Of a stretch of 64,000 bases of DNA, positions 63,350 through 64,000 are shown piece after piece. The number at the start of each line of letters is the position of its first letter. Within the stretch, counting starts at the first letter, position 1. The translations under genes were made by a program, and so were the position numbers. The notes below the pieces were generated by a model. It was not told the origin of the DNA, searched no databases, and worked only from the letters and a program-made list of their open reading frames with translations. The stretch is from Mobula hypostoma (taxonomy: Eukaryota): contig NC_086109.1 in the NCBI RefSeq assembly GCF_963921235.1, positions 19,098,001 through 19,162,000 on the forward strand, in the 5' to 3' direction.

Positions 63350-63940
63350 GATTCAGAGGCTCAAAATCTAGAAGTCAAGGCCTGAAGATCAATGAGCCAT
63401 GATTGATAAGTCCTGTGGTTGATACCCAAAGTTTGGAGAGCTAAGGAAAGCAAAGTCGAAAGTCGAAGTCCAGGGGTCAGAAAGTCCAGAGATAGAAGCC
63501 CAAAGGTCGAAGACTGAAGTTGGCAAGGCCGGAGGTAGAGACCCAAATGTTGGAGCCCCTGGGCTGGCTTGTATGGATGTTGGAGGCTCAAAGTTGTGAG
63601 TATGGTCCAGGGGCAGGAGATTGGAAGCCCATTGTCTGTGAGTGTGAGGACTAGGCCTAGAGGCAGCCTGTCCTGGAGTTGGAGCCCTGACTGTGTGTGT
63701 GTGTGTGTGAGTGAGTGGGTGGGAAAGGGACTTACTGTTTTGTTTTGTTATTGGTGCTGCTTGTGTAATTTTGCTGAACATTGTGGGCTTGCTATGTTGG
63801 CGTCGGAATGTGAGGGGACTCTTGCAGGCTGCCCCCCAGCACATTCTTAGGTGTGTTGATTGTTAACGCAAACGACACATTGTTTCTGTATGTTTCAATG
63901 TATTGTCGACAAATAAATCAGACCTTGAATCTGAATCTGA
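63350..63940 (+). mobile_element. Unclassified dispersed repeat (family of 48430-49115)
   Basis: Degenerate gaagtc units, (TG)n, shared 3' region and a (tctgaa)n tail. Confidence 0.55.
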
Positions 63941-64000
63941 AATAATGTTCATCCTATTCCTATTCAGCTGCAGTTTGCCAGTCGAGGAATATATCGGCAG

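Noticed and set aside
1..64000. CRISPR arrays, operons, rRNA or intact tRNA genes
   Set aside because: Eukaryotic repeat landscape with no regularly spaced repeat-spacer array; tRNA-like boxes belong to SINE heads.

Overview
Repeat-dense vertebrate DNA, probably intergenic or intronic. The mix of CR1, Rex1/Babar, Penelope, V-SINE, DeuSINE-like and Tc1 elements suggests a cartilaginous fish such as a ray (inference). I found no convincing host protein-coding exon. Every ORF I could assign comes from a transposon, and the long Leu/Pro/Ser ORFs come from a ~2.1 kb polypyrimidine tract. Three points stand out. (1) A TSD-flanked non-coding retroelement at 7373-7911 (-) starts with a complete HDV-like ribozyme fold that has an extra hairpin inside loop L3; decayed homologues lie at ~31750 and ~60600. 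(2) Many Penelope-derived ends carry minimal type I hammerhead ribozyme motifs, including a 196-bp TSD-flanked palindrome with the hammerhead core at its apex. (3) Two diverged, oppositely oriented copies of one nested CR1/Gypsy/ribozyme-element composite are present, and one resembles retrovirus-style read-through transduction. Boundaries were read by eye and are approximate unless a TSD or TIR is quoted.
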